Of a DNA stretch of 64,000 nt, positions 54,932 to 62,346 are shown piece after piece. Position 1 is the stretch's first letter. Every line of letters starts with the position of its first letter. The DNA lies in assembly GCA_016790395.1 (NCBI GenBank), contig JAEUPH010000122.1, positions 271 to 64,270 of the forward strand, read 5' to 3'. A model generated the notes under the pieces. The model saw only the letters and a list, made by a program, of their open reading frames with translations, was not told where the DNA came from and ran no database searches. The position numbers and the translations under genes are program-made. Source of the stretch: Rubrivivax sp. Its GTDB lineage: Bacteria > Pseudomonadota > Gammaproteobacteria > Burkholderiales > Burkholderiaceae_C.

Positions 54932-57900
54932 TCACGGCGAGGCCGCCGCCAGCAGGGCGCGCGCCTCGGCGCCGCTCATGTCGAAGGGGGCGCAGCGCTG
55001 CAGCAGGGCCTGGGCTGCGGCGGCGAAGAACGCGGCTTGTGCCGCATCGCCCGCCCGGTGGGCTGCCTGGGCCGCCAGCACCGCCGCGTGCAGCTGCAGG
55101 CCGGGGCGCTGGCGCGCCACGGCGCTGTCGTGCAGCCGCCGGCACTCGGCCAGCGCGGCCGCCGGCGGCCGCTGGCGCGCGAGCTCCAGTTCCATCAGCG
55201 CGCGGTTGAAGGGCGAGGCCAGCCGCGCCACCAGGGCCTGCAGTTCGGTCACCCGCGCCGCGTCCACCTGGCCGAACAGGCGCTGCCAGCGCAGGCGCAG
55301 CGTCAGGCGGCGGCCGTAGAAGCGCTCGGCCACGCCAGTGGCGTCGTGCGCCAGCACGGTGGCGGCCTCGTCGGCGCGGCCGAGGGCCATGAACATCTGC
55401 GCCAGGTGGTTGTGCGCCAGCAGGCACTCCGTGCGGCGGTATTCGCTGTCGGGCCAGCGCGCCATCTCGGCCAGCGCACCTTCCAGCATGGCCTGCGCCT
55501 CGCCGGGCCGGCCCAGTTCGTAGAGCACGGCGCCCAGGTGGATGTCGATCTTGATGCCGCTGCCGCTGCTGCCGTACAGCCGTTCGCGCTGCGCGCGCGC
55601 CTGCGTCAGCACCTCGTGCGCGGCCCCGTACTCGCCGCGCCAGTAGTGCATGACACCCAGGTTGCTCATCGCCGGCAGCGCGTTGGGCCAGTCCTGCGCG
55701 GCGGCGAAGGCCTCCAGCGCCTGGCGCCCTTCGGCCAAGGCTTCGGGCAGGCGGTCGCCGAAGGCGAAGATGTTGGCGCGCGCCAGGCGGTAGGACGCAC
55801 GCGTCTCCAGGTCGGCCTCGGTGTCCACCCAAGGTTCGTGCTGCTGCAGCAGCGACAGTGCTTCGTCGGCGCGGTTGTTCATGGCCCATTGCCAGCCCAG
55901 CATGCGCGCCAGTTCCCAGGCCAGGTCGGGCCGCGCCACGGCGCGGGCGCGGTCGATGGCGGCCAGCGCCTCGGCTTCGTCCACCGGCTGCGCCAGGTTC
56001 GTCAGCCAGCCGTGGTGGTGGTTCAGCGCCGTCAGGCGCTGCGGCTCGGTGCGCGCCAGCGACTGCAGGCGCTGGATGAGCTGCGGCCGCAGACCTTCGT
56101 GGCCCTGGCTTTCGTAGGCGCCGGCGCGCTCGGCCACGGCGTCGAAGAGGGCGTCGTGCGCCGCCGGGTCGCGCTCGAAGGCGGCGATGGCGCTGTCCAG
56201 CAGCGCCGCGTGCTCGTTGGCCAGGGCTGCCGCGCGCGCCGCCTGCGCGGCCTGCACGTAGGCCTGGCCGGCGCGCCGCCACTCGCGGCAGGCCTGCCAG
56301 TGGCCGGCGATGTGCGCCGCGTCGCCGCCCTGCTGCGCCAGGTGCTCGGCCACGAAGCGGTGCATGAACTCGGCCACCGCCGCCGGCACGCTGCGCGCGG
56401 TGACGGTGGCGATGACGTCGTGCACGAACTGCCGGCCGTAGAAGACCTGGCGCAGCTCCAGTTCGCGCAGCGGTTCGCTGAGTTCGATGGGGGCACAGGC
56501 CAGCGCCGCCGCCGCCAGCGGGATGCCGTAGCCGCTGCCGGCGATGGCCGCCAGCTGCGCCAGGTGCCGCGCCCGCGGGCTCAGCAGTTCGATGCGGCGC
56601 TGGATCACGGCCTCGATGCCGGGCGGCAGCGGCAGCTCGGCCGCGTCGGGCGTGGCGCCGGTGGACAGCAGCAGCTTCACCGATTCCAGCAGGAAAGCGG
56701 GGTTGCCGCCCACCTGGCGCCAGATCAGCGGTGCCCAGTGCGCAGCCTGGGCCGCCGGCAGGCCCAGGCTGGCCAGCAGCTCGGCGGCACCGGCGGCGTC
56801 CAGGGCTTGCAGCTCGACGCGGGCCCGGCCGCTGCCGGCCGCCAGCGCGGCCTCCAGCGCGGCGACCTCGGGGCCGGCTTCTTCGGCACGCACGCCGAAG
56901 GCGAAGCGCAGCGCGCTGTCGCTGCCGTCGGCCAGCACGCGCAGCGCTGCCAGGCTGGCGGGGTCGGCGAACTGCAGGTCGTCCAGCACGAAGGCGGCAC
57001 AGCCGGCGTCGCGGCAATCGCCCAGCAGCCGCGCCAGCGCCAGCAGGGCCTGCGTGCGTTCGTAGTCGGTGCGCACGGGCGCCACGGCGAGCCCGGCCTG
57101 CGCGGCCAGGCGCGGCAGCAGGCGCGCGGCCTGGCGCGCGTGCGGGCTGTCCAGGCGCGGCACGAAGCGGTCCAGCGCGCTCAGCAGCAGCCGGCTGAGC
57201 GAGGCGTAGGGCAGCACGGCATCGCCAGGCCGCGCCGCGGCGGCGGCGCAGGCGGGCACGGCACCGGCCAGGCCCAGCGTGGCCTGCCAGTCGGCCAGCA
57301 GCCGGCTCTTGCCGACGCCGGCTTCGCCCGCCACCCAGAGCACCTGGCCCGCCTGCCAGCCGGCCGACAGGGCCTGCAGCGCGGCGTGGCGGCCCACCAG
57401 GCGTGGCGGGCGCAGCACGGCCGCGGGCAGCTGCGGTGTGCCCTGCGGCGTGGGCGCCCAGGCGTCCTGCACCGCCTGCGCCTGCTGCGCCGCGGCCAGC
57501 AAGGTCTTGCCGAGTTGCTGCGTGGCCGCCGACGGCGGCACGCCGTACAGCTGGCGCAGCATGTCGCGGCAGCGGTCCCAGGCGCTCAGCGCGGCGGCGT
57601 GGTCGCCGCGCAGGTAGTACACCTCCATCAGCACGCGGTAGGCCTCTTCGCTCTCGCGGTCGGTCTGCAGCAGCTGGTCGGCGGCGTAGAGGGCGTCGTC
57701 CAGGCGCTGGCCTTGCGCGGCCTCGCGCACCTCGGCCAGCCACTCGCGCTTGCGGCGTTCGCGCTCGGCTTCGCGGCGGCCTTCCAGCCAGCGCGCGAAG
57801 GCTTCGCAGTCGTCGAACTCCAGCGCCTGCAACAGCGGCGCGCCGGGCGGCTCGGGCGGGGCCACGGCCACGGCGGGGCCCAGCGCCAGCAGGCCCGCCT

Positions 57901-58159
57901 GGTCGAGCACGATGTCGCCGGCGTCCTGGCGCAGCTTCAGCAGGCGCTGGCGCAGGTTGCCGCGCGCGCGCTCCTCGCTGACCTCGGGCCACAGCAGGCC
58001 GGCCAGGCGCGAGCGCGGTGTCGGCCCTTCCAGCCACAGCCAGGCCAGCAGCGCCGCGTGCTTGCGCTCCAGCGCACGCGCGGGCCCCGCATCCAGCCGC
58101 CAGTGCGCCGGCCCGTGCAGGTGCAGATGCAGGGTCGGTGCGGTGTCGGGTGGGTTCAT
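54932..58159 (-). CDS. SARP/BTAD regulator 2: wHTH, full BTAD, AAA-type STAND ATPase, TPR
   Basis: RSRLAGLLWP...RGNLRQRL, EEAYRVLM...LYGVPPS, Walker A GEAGVGKS, Walker B VLDDLQFAD, GGNP and FVHD. Confidence 0.87.
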   Translation of the reverse strand: MNPPDTAPTLHLHLHGPAHWRLDAGPARALERKHAALLAWLWLEGPTPRSRLAGLLWPEVSEERARGNLRQRLLKLRQDAGDIVLDQAGLLALGPAVAVAPPEPPGAPLLQALEFDDCEAFARWLEGRREAERERRKREWLAEVREAAQGQRLDDALYAADQLLQTDRESEEAYRVLMEVYYLRGDHAAALSAWDRCRDMLRQLYGVPPSAATQQLGKTLLAAAQQAQAVQDAWAPTPQGTPQLPAAVLRPPRLVGRHAALQALSAGWQAGQVLWVAGEAGVGKSRLLADWQATLGLAGAVPACAAAAARPGDAVLPYASLSRLLLSALDRFVPRLDSPHARQAARLLPRLAAQAGLAVAPVRTDYERTQALLALARLLGDCRDAGCAAFVLDDLQFADPASLAALRVLADGSDSALRFAFGVRAEEAGPEVAALEAALAAGSGRARVELQALDAAGAAELLASLGLPAAQAAHWAPLIWRQVGGNPAFLLESVKLLLSTGATPDAAELPLPPGIEAVIQRRIELLSPRARHLAQLAAIAGSGYGIPLAAAALACAPIELSEPLRELELRQVFYGRQFVHDVIATVTARSVPAAVAEFMHRFVAEHLAQQGGDAAHIAGHWQACREWRRAGQAYVQAAQAARAAALANEHAALLDSAIAAFERDPAAHDALFDAVAERAGAYESQGHEGLRPQLIQRLQSLARTEPQRLTALNHHHGWLTNLAQPVDEAEALAAIDRARAVARPDLAWELARMLGWQWAMNNRADEALSLLQQHEPWVDTEADLETRASYRLARANIFAFGDRLPEALAEGRQALEAFAAAQDWPNALPAMSNLGVMHYWRGEYGAAHEVLTQARAQRERLYGSSGSGIKIDIHLGAVLYELGRPGEAQAMLEGALAEMARWPDSEYRRTECLLAHNHLAQMFMALGRADEAATVLAHDATGVAERFYGRRLTLRLRWQRLFGQVDAARVTELQALVARLASPFNRALMELELARQRPPAAALAECRRLHDSAVARQRPGLQLHAAVLAAQAAHRAGDAAQAAFFAAAAQALLQRCAPFDMSGAEARALLAAASP

Positions 58160-58231
58160 CGGGGTGCTGACGCATCCTAGCCGCCGGCGCCGGGGCGGCC
58201 GCCCATCCCCGGGCGGGGGCGGCGTGAAGCC

Positions 58232-58265
58232 GTTGACGCTCCGGTGACGGCAGCGGGCGGACCGT
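58232..58265 (+). promoter_or_regulatory. Candidate SARP box, class II (GTTGACG-N4-GGTGACG-N10-GACCGT)
   Basis: 11-bp period repeat with geometry identical to 58486-58519. Confidence 0.6.
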
Positions 58266-58274
58266 CGCGGCACC

Positions 58275-58490
58275 GTGCCCCGCCGCCGCCCGCCCCCGCC
58301 CCCGCCTGCGCCGCCGCCCGGCCTGCCCGCCGGGCCCGGCCTCGCCCCGGGCCAGCTGTTGCTGATCTACAGCCCCGACGGCCCGCTGGGCGGCACCTTC
58401 ATCTGCACCGCCTGCCGCGCGCAGGCCTGGCAGCCCGACCTGCTGGCGCACGCGCCCGCCTGTCCGCAAGGCCACCCCGCGCGCGGGTGA
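58275..58490 (+). CDS. Small Pro-rich protein with CxxC...HxxxC putative zinc site
   Basis: 71 aa with FICTAC...HAPACP. Preceded by a class II box and a -10-like hexamer, and fills an intergenic gap. Confidence 0.5.
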   Translation: MPRRRPPPPPPAPPPGLPAGPGLAPGQLLLIYSPDGPLGGTFICTACRAQAWQPDLLAHAPACPQGHPARG

Positions 58491-58519
58491 CGCCCCGGTG
58501 ACGGCGGCGCGCCGAGCAT
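58486..58519 (+). promoter_or_regulatory. Candidate SARP box, class II (GGTGACG-N4-GGTGACG-N10-GAGCAT)
   Basis: Perfect heptamer direct repeat upstream of the PEP-CTERM gene at 58563. Confidence 0.62.
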
Positions 58520-58562
58520 CCACCCCGGTCATCACGCCTTGCACCCACCTCCAGGAGAGCCC

Positions 58563-59294
58563 ATGAAAAGACTTCGTCCCCTGCTGGCCGCCGCCGCGGC
58601 CGCCTGCCTGCTGCCGCTGGCCGCCCGTGCCGAACTGCCACGCGGCAGCCTGAGCTTCGTCGTGCCCACCGCCACCGTCGCGCCCGACGAGGTCATCGAC
58701 GTCGCCATGCGCCTGCAGCTGGACGCCGACTCGGCACCGCTGGTGTTCAGCAGCGACCCGCTGGCGGGCTTCGATGCCGCCGACCTGCCGACGCAGGGCA
58801 ACTGGTTCGACCCCGTCACCGGCGTCCCCGAACTGCGCGACTTCGCCAGCATCACCGGCGCCTTCCTGAACGTCTTCTACAGCTGCAGCGGCAGTTTCAC
58901 CGCGGGCGACTGCGGGCCGGGCGCCAGCTACAGCTTCGACTTCTGGTTCGGTGGCGGCCCGGGCCTGCCCTCGCTCGTCGGCGCCAGCAGCTTCGACCTC
59001 GCCCCGGGGGCCTCCACCGACTTCCTGCTCGGCCGCTTCACGCCCCAGCCCGGCGGCGCCGCGGCCGGCACCTACAGCTTCTACACGGCCGGCGTGACGC
59101 TCGCCTTCCGGGGCCTGGATGCCCAGGGCGAGACGCTCTTCAGCGACAGCGTGAACATCGCCAGCTCCTGCCCGCTGCAGACCGAGGACTGCGCCTTCGT
59201 GCGCACCGTGAGTACGGTGCCCGAGCCCGGCATGGTGGCGCTGTGGCTGGCCGGCCTGGCCAGCGTGGGCTTCCTGTGGCGCCGCCGTGCTTGA
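58563..59294 (+). CDS. PEP-CTERM sorting-domain surface protein
   Basis: SD AGGAG, signal peptide, C-terminal VPEP, TM helix and RRRA. Four Cys in the mature part. Confidence 0.88.
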   Translation: MKRLRPLLAAAAAACLLPLAARAELPRGSLSFVVPTATVAPDEVIDVAMRLQLDADSAPLVFSSDPLAGFDAADLPTQGNWFDPVTGVPELRDFASITGAFLNVFYSCSGSFTAGDCGPGASYSFDFWFGGGPGLPSLVGASSFDLAPGASTDFLLGRFTPQPGGAAAGTYSFYTAGVTLAFRGLDAQGETLFSDSVNIASSCPLQTEDCAFVRTVSTVPEPGMVALWLAGLASVGFLWRRRA

Positions 59295-60615
59295 CGCGCA
59301 GGCAGCGGCGATCGGCCGGCAGCGGCGCGCCCTGGTGCTGGGGGCCTGCCTGACGGGGATGCTGCCCGCGGCGGGCGCGCAGCCGGCCGGCGGCGGTGCA
59401 TCGCCGTGGCAGCCGGTGCCGCACCAGGCCGGCAGCGGCCAGGTGTGGGTGCAGCGCGCCGCCGGGCGTGGCGGCGCGCGCCAGCAGGCGCAGCAGGCGC
59501 TGCAAGGCATGGCCGCCCTGCTGGACCGGCCGCCGCGCCTGCTGGGCGGCATGGTCAGCCGCGAGGACAACGGCGCGCTGCTGTCCTTCGCCGGCCACGC
59601 CCGCGGGACGCTCGTGCAGGGCTACCTGGTGGTGCAGGGCGGCACCGTGGCCGTGGTGCTGGACGAACCGGCGCGGCTGGCGCGCAGCGGCCCGCAGCTG
59701 CTGGCCGCCGCCGATGCCATCGCTGGCGGCGGTGGCCGCGCCGCGGGGCCCTCACCCTACGCGAAGCTGCAATGGCAGCGCGTTCCCTTCGGCAGCGGCG
59801 CGCTGGAACTGCCCGCAGGCTGGCAGGTGGTGGGCGCGCACCAGGGCGCGGTGGACGTGGTGGGGCCGCAGGGCGAAGTGATCAGCCTGGGCGCCGCCGC
59901 CCAGGTGATGACGCCGCAGGCCGCGCAGCAGTTCGCCGCCATGGGCATGCCGCCGCAGATGTTCGTGGCCCCTGCCACGCAAGACCCGCTGGCCGCCTTC
60001 CAGAGCGTGCAGCCGCAGATCGAGCGCTTCAACGCCAGCCGGGGCGGCCCCGTGGTGCGGCTCACGCGCGTGCGCGAGGCCGAGCGCGTTCCCTTCGCGG
60101 GCGGCATGACGGCGGCGCTGATCGCTTCGGACGGCATCGGCAGCATGGGCCAGCGGCCCTACCGCAAGCTGGCCCTGGTGGCGGCCGGCGGCGTGATGGC
60201 CAACGGCAACTGGCTCTACTACACCTCGGAGGTCTATGCGCCCGCCGAGCTGTACCCGCATGCCTTGCCGGTGATGCTGAAGGTGTGGAATTCGTGGACC
60301 GTGGACAAGTCGGTGCTGATGGAGCGCGTGGTGAGTGCGGCGAAGTCCATGCGCGAGACGCAGGACATCCTGAACAGCGTGCATGCCGGCCAGCAGGCCT
60401 CGCAGGACCGCCTCAGCACCGCCTGGGGCCACCACCTGCGCGGCACCGTGGTGGTGGCCAACACCGACACCGGGCGCACCAGCACCGAGTGGCTGTACCA
60501 GCCCGGCCCGGCCGCGAACGGCATCGGCACCGAGCACAACCGCCACATGACGAACGTGCTGCGCGACGCCAACCAGGCGGCGGGCTACGAACGCTGGCAG
60601 ATGCTGAACCCCTGA
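59287..60615 (+). CDS. Secreted hypothetical protein, probable distant paralogue of 52329-53471
   Basis: RRALV..AGA leader (possibly Tat-like), LPAGWQ and QASQDR motifs. Overlaps the upstream stop. Confidence 0.75.
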   Translation: MLDAQAAAIGRQRRALVLGACLTGMLPAAGAQPAGGGASPWQPVPHQAGSGQVWVQRAAGRGGARQQAQQALQGMAALLDRPPRLLGGMVSREDNGALLSFAGHARGTLVQGYLVVQGGTVAVVLDEPARLARSGPQLLAAADAIAGGGGRAAGPSPYAKLQWQRVPFGSGALELPAGWQVVGAHQGAVDVVGPQGEVISLGAAAQVMTPQAAQQFAAMGMPPQMFVAPATQDPLAAFQSVQPQIERFNASRGGPVVRLTRVREAERVPFAGGMTAALIASDGIGSMGQRPYRKLALVAAGGVMANGNWLYYTSEVYAPAELYPHALPVMLKVWNSWTVDKSVLMERVVSAAKSMRETQDILNSVHAGQQASQDRLSTAWGHHLRGTVVVANTDTGRTSTEWLYQPGPAANGIGTEHNRHMTNVLRDANQAAGYERWQMLNP

Positions 60616-60640
60616 ACGCGGGGGCCGGCGCGGGGCGCGC

Positions 60641-60673
60641 GCTAGCGCTTGCCGAACGGTGGGCCGCGACGAT
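60641..60673 (+). promoter_or_regulatory. Candidate SARP box, class I (GCTAGCG-N4-CCGAACG-N9-GACGAT)
   Basis: Aligns without gaps to 51581-51613. Confidence 0.55.
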
Positions 60674-60704
60674 GCCGCGTCGCTGTCAACCGCCAAGCCC
60701 GCTC

Positions 60705-61562
60705 ATGAAACCGCACCGCAAGACCGTCCTTCCCGTGGCCGCCGCCCTGCTGGCCGCCACCCTGTCCGCGCTGTCGCCGGCGCACGCCCAGCAGGGTGTG
60801 GACGTCGACCTCGCCCGGCCCGACTTCACCACCTGGAACCTCTACGGCAGCGCCACGGCGCAGAACCTCACGCCCGGCAACGGCTTCACCTACAGCCTGC
60901 TCACCCTCACCGCGCCGGGCAGCGGCGACCAGGGTGGCGCCGGCTTCGCCCCCGAGGCGCTGGCGCTGGACTTCAACGAGGCCTTCCGCTTCAGCTTCCA
61001 CTTCTACATCCCGGTGATCGAAGGCATCCGCGGCGACGGCCTCACGCTCACGCTGGCCAGCGCGCCCGGCCTGGGCAACGCCGGCTCCGGCCTGAGCTAT
61101 GAAGGCCTGGGGGTCTCCAGCGTGGCGCTGGCCATCGACACCTTCCACTTCGGTGGTGAGCCCGTGTCGCCGAGCCTGCAGATCCTCGCCGGCGGCAGCG
61201 TCACGCCGCTGGCGGTCACCGAGACCGGCCTGGGCGACGACATCCGCGACCCCGACTTCCAGTGGTACGCGCAACTGGAGTACGTGCCCTCGGGCCTGGG
61301 CGACAACGCGGGCACGCTCACCGGCACCCTTGAGCACATCAACCTGGGCACCTTCACCGTGTCGGCGCCGATCGACTTCCTGGCGCTGGACCTGGTGGGC
61401 GCGCCGGTCTACTGGGGCTTCACGGCGGCCAACGGCCTGGCCACCGACGGCCACATCGTCGACTGGGGCGCGCCGGTGCCGGAGCCGGCGGCGGTGTGGC
61501 TGATGCTGGGCGGCGCGGCCTGCCTGGTCGCTCGCCGGCGCCGCCAGGGGGCAGCGCGGTGA
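60705..61562 (+). CDS. PEP-CTERM protein with legume(L)-lectin-like domain
   Basis: Signal peptide, LTLT...QGGAGF...FRFSFHF...GDGLTLTL...SVALAIDTF...YWGFTAA, then VPEP-TM-RRRR. Confidence 0.82.
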   Translation: MKPHRKTVLPVAAALLAATLSALSPAHAQQGVDVDLARPDFTTWNLYGSATAQNLTPGNGFTYSLLTLTAPGSGDQGGAGFAPEALALDFNEAFRFSFHFYIPVIEGIRGDGLTLTLASAPGLGNAGSGLSYEGLGVSSVALAIDTFHFGGEPVSPSLQILAGGSVTPLAVTETGLGDDIRDPDFQWYAQLEYVPSGLGDNAGTLTGTLEHINLGTFTVSAPIDFLALDLVGAPVYWGFTAANGLATDGHIVDWGAPVPEPAAVWLMLGGAACLVARRRRQGAAR

Positions 61563-61963
61563 GCGCCGCCAGCCGACTGGCTGCGCTGCTGCTGCTGGCA
61601 CCCGCCCTCGCAGCGGCCCAGAGCTGGGAGTACAGGAGCTTCAAGAAGGACCCCGTGAGCGGCCAGTACAGCCGCGAGCGCTACGTGGCTTCGACCATCA
61701 CGCTGGAAGAGCGCGACGGCAAGGCCTGGTTCCGCATGACCACGGCCGGCCGCGGCGACCCTTGCTTCAGCCGTGGCGAGCTGCCTGCCGAAGTGATGCG
61801 CACGGCAGAGACGCTGACCATCACGGTGCTGCCGCCGCTGGCGGGCTGCGAGCCTTTCCGCTACGTCATCCGCAACGACGGCAGCGGCGGTGTGCGCCAG
61901 AAGCAGCGCGAAGGCGCCTGGGTGGATGACGGTTTCGACCACGGGCTGACGCCGAAGAAGTAG
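61559..61963 (+). CDS. Small secreted hypothetical protein
   Basis: GTGA-coupled, signal peptide, two Cys and a beta-rich composition. Confidence 0.7.
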   Translation: MSAASRLAALLLLAPALAAAQSWEYRSFKKDPVSGQYSRERYVASTITLEERDGKAWFRMTTAGRGDPCFSRGELPAEVMRTAETLTITVLPPLAGCEPFRYVIRNDGSGGVRQKQREGAWVDDGFDHGLTPKK

Positions 61964-61998
61964 CGCCCGGGGCCGCCGTTGCGCCTAGCATCGGCGGC

Positions 61999-62346
61999 AT
62001 GAGCGATTCCCTGCAGCAACTGGCCGCCGACCTGAAGCTCTTTGCCGCCGAGCGGCAGTGGCAGCCCTTCCATTCGCCCAAGAACCTGGCCTCGGCGCTG
62101 GCCGTGGAAGCGGCTGAACTGCTGGAGCCCTTCCAGTGGCTCACCGAAGCGCAGAGCCGCGCGCTGCCGCCCGAGAAACTCGCCGAGGTGGGCGGCGAGG
62201 TGGCCGACGTGCTGATCTACCTGGTGCAGCTGAGCACGGCGCTGGGGCTGGACCCGGTGGCGGAGGCGCGCAAGAAGATGGCGGTGAACGCGCGGAGGTT
62301 TCCGGCGGGGGACGCGGGGGTGGCGAGGTTGGATGAAAAGGGCTGA
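61999..62346 (+). CDS. MazG-like nucleotide pyrophosphohydrolase (single domain)
   Basis: FAAERQWQPFHSPKNLASAL..EAAELLE and EVADVLIYL. Confidence 0.9.
   Translation: MSDSLQQLAADLKLFAAERQWQPFHSPKNLASALAVEAAELLEPFQWLTEAQSRALPPEKLAEVGGEVADVLIYLVQLSTALGLDPVAEARKKMAVNARRFPAGDAGVARLDEKG

Noticed and set aside
58282-58350. CCG-rich tract as a tandem repeat or CRISPR-like element
   Set aside because: It is explained by poly-Pro coding, and there is no repeat-spacer structure.
53472-59570. 2032-aa ORF in the track, and similarly the over-long 47072-51532, 46970-50299, 12239-16603 and 11547-15407 ORFs
   Set aside because: These are stop-poor GC-rich upstream extensions. Only the 3' portions have recognisable protein motifs, and the extensions overlap real genes in other frames. 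They are not fusions.
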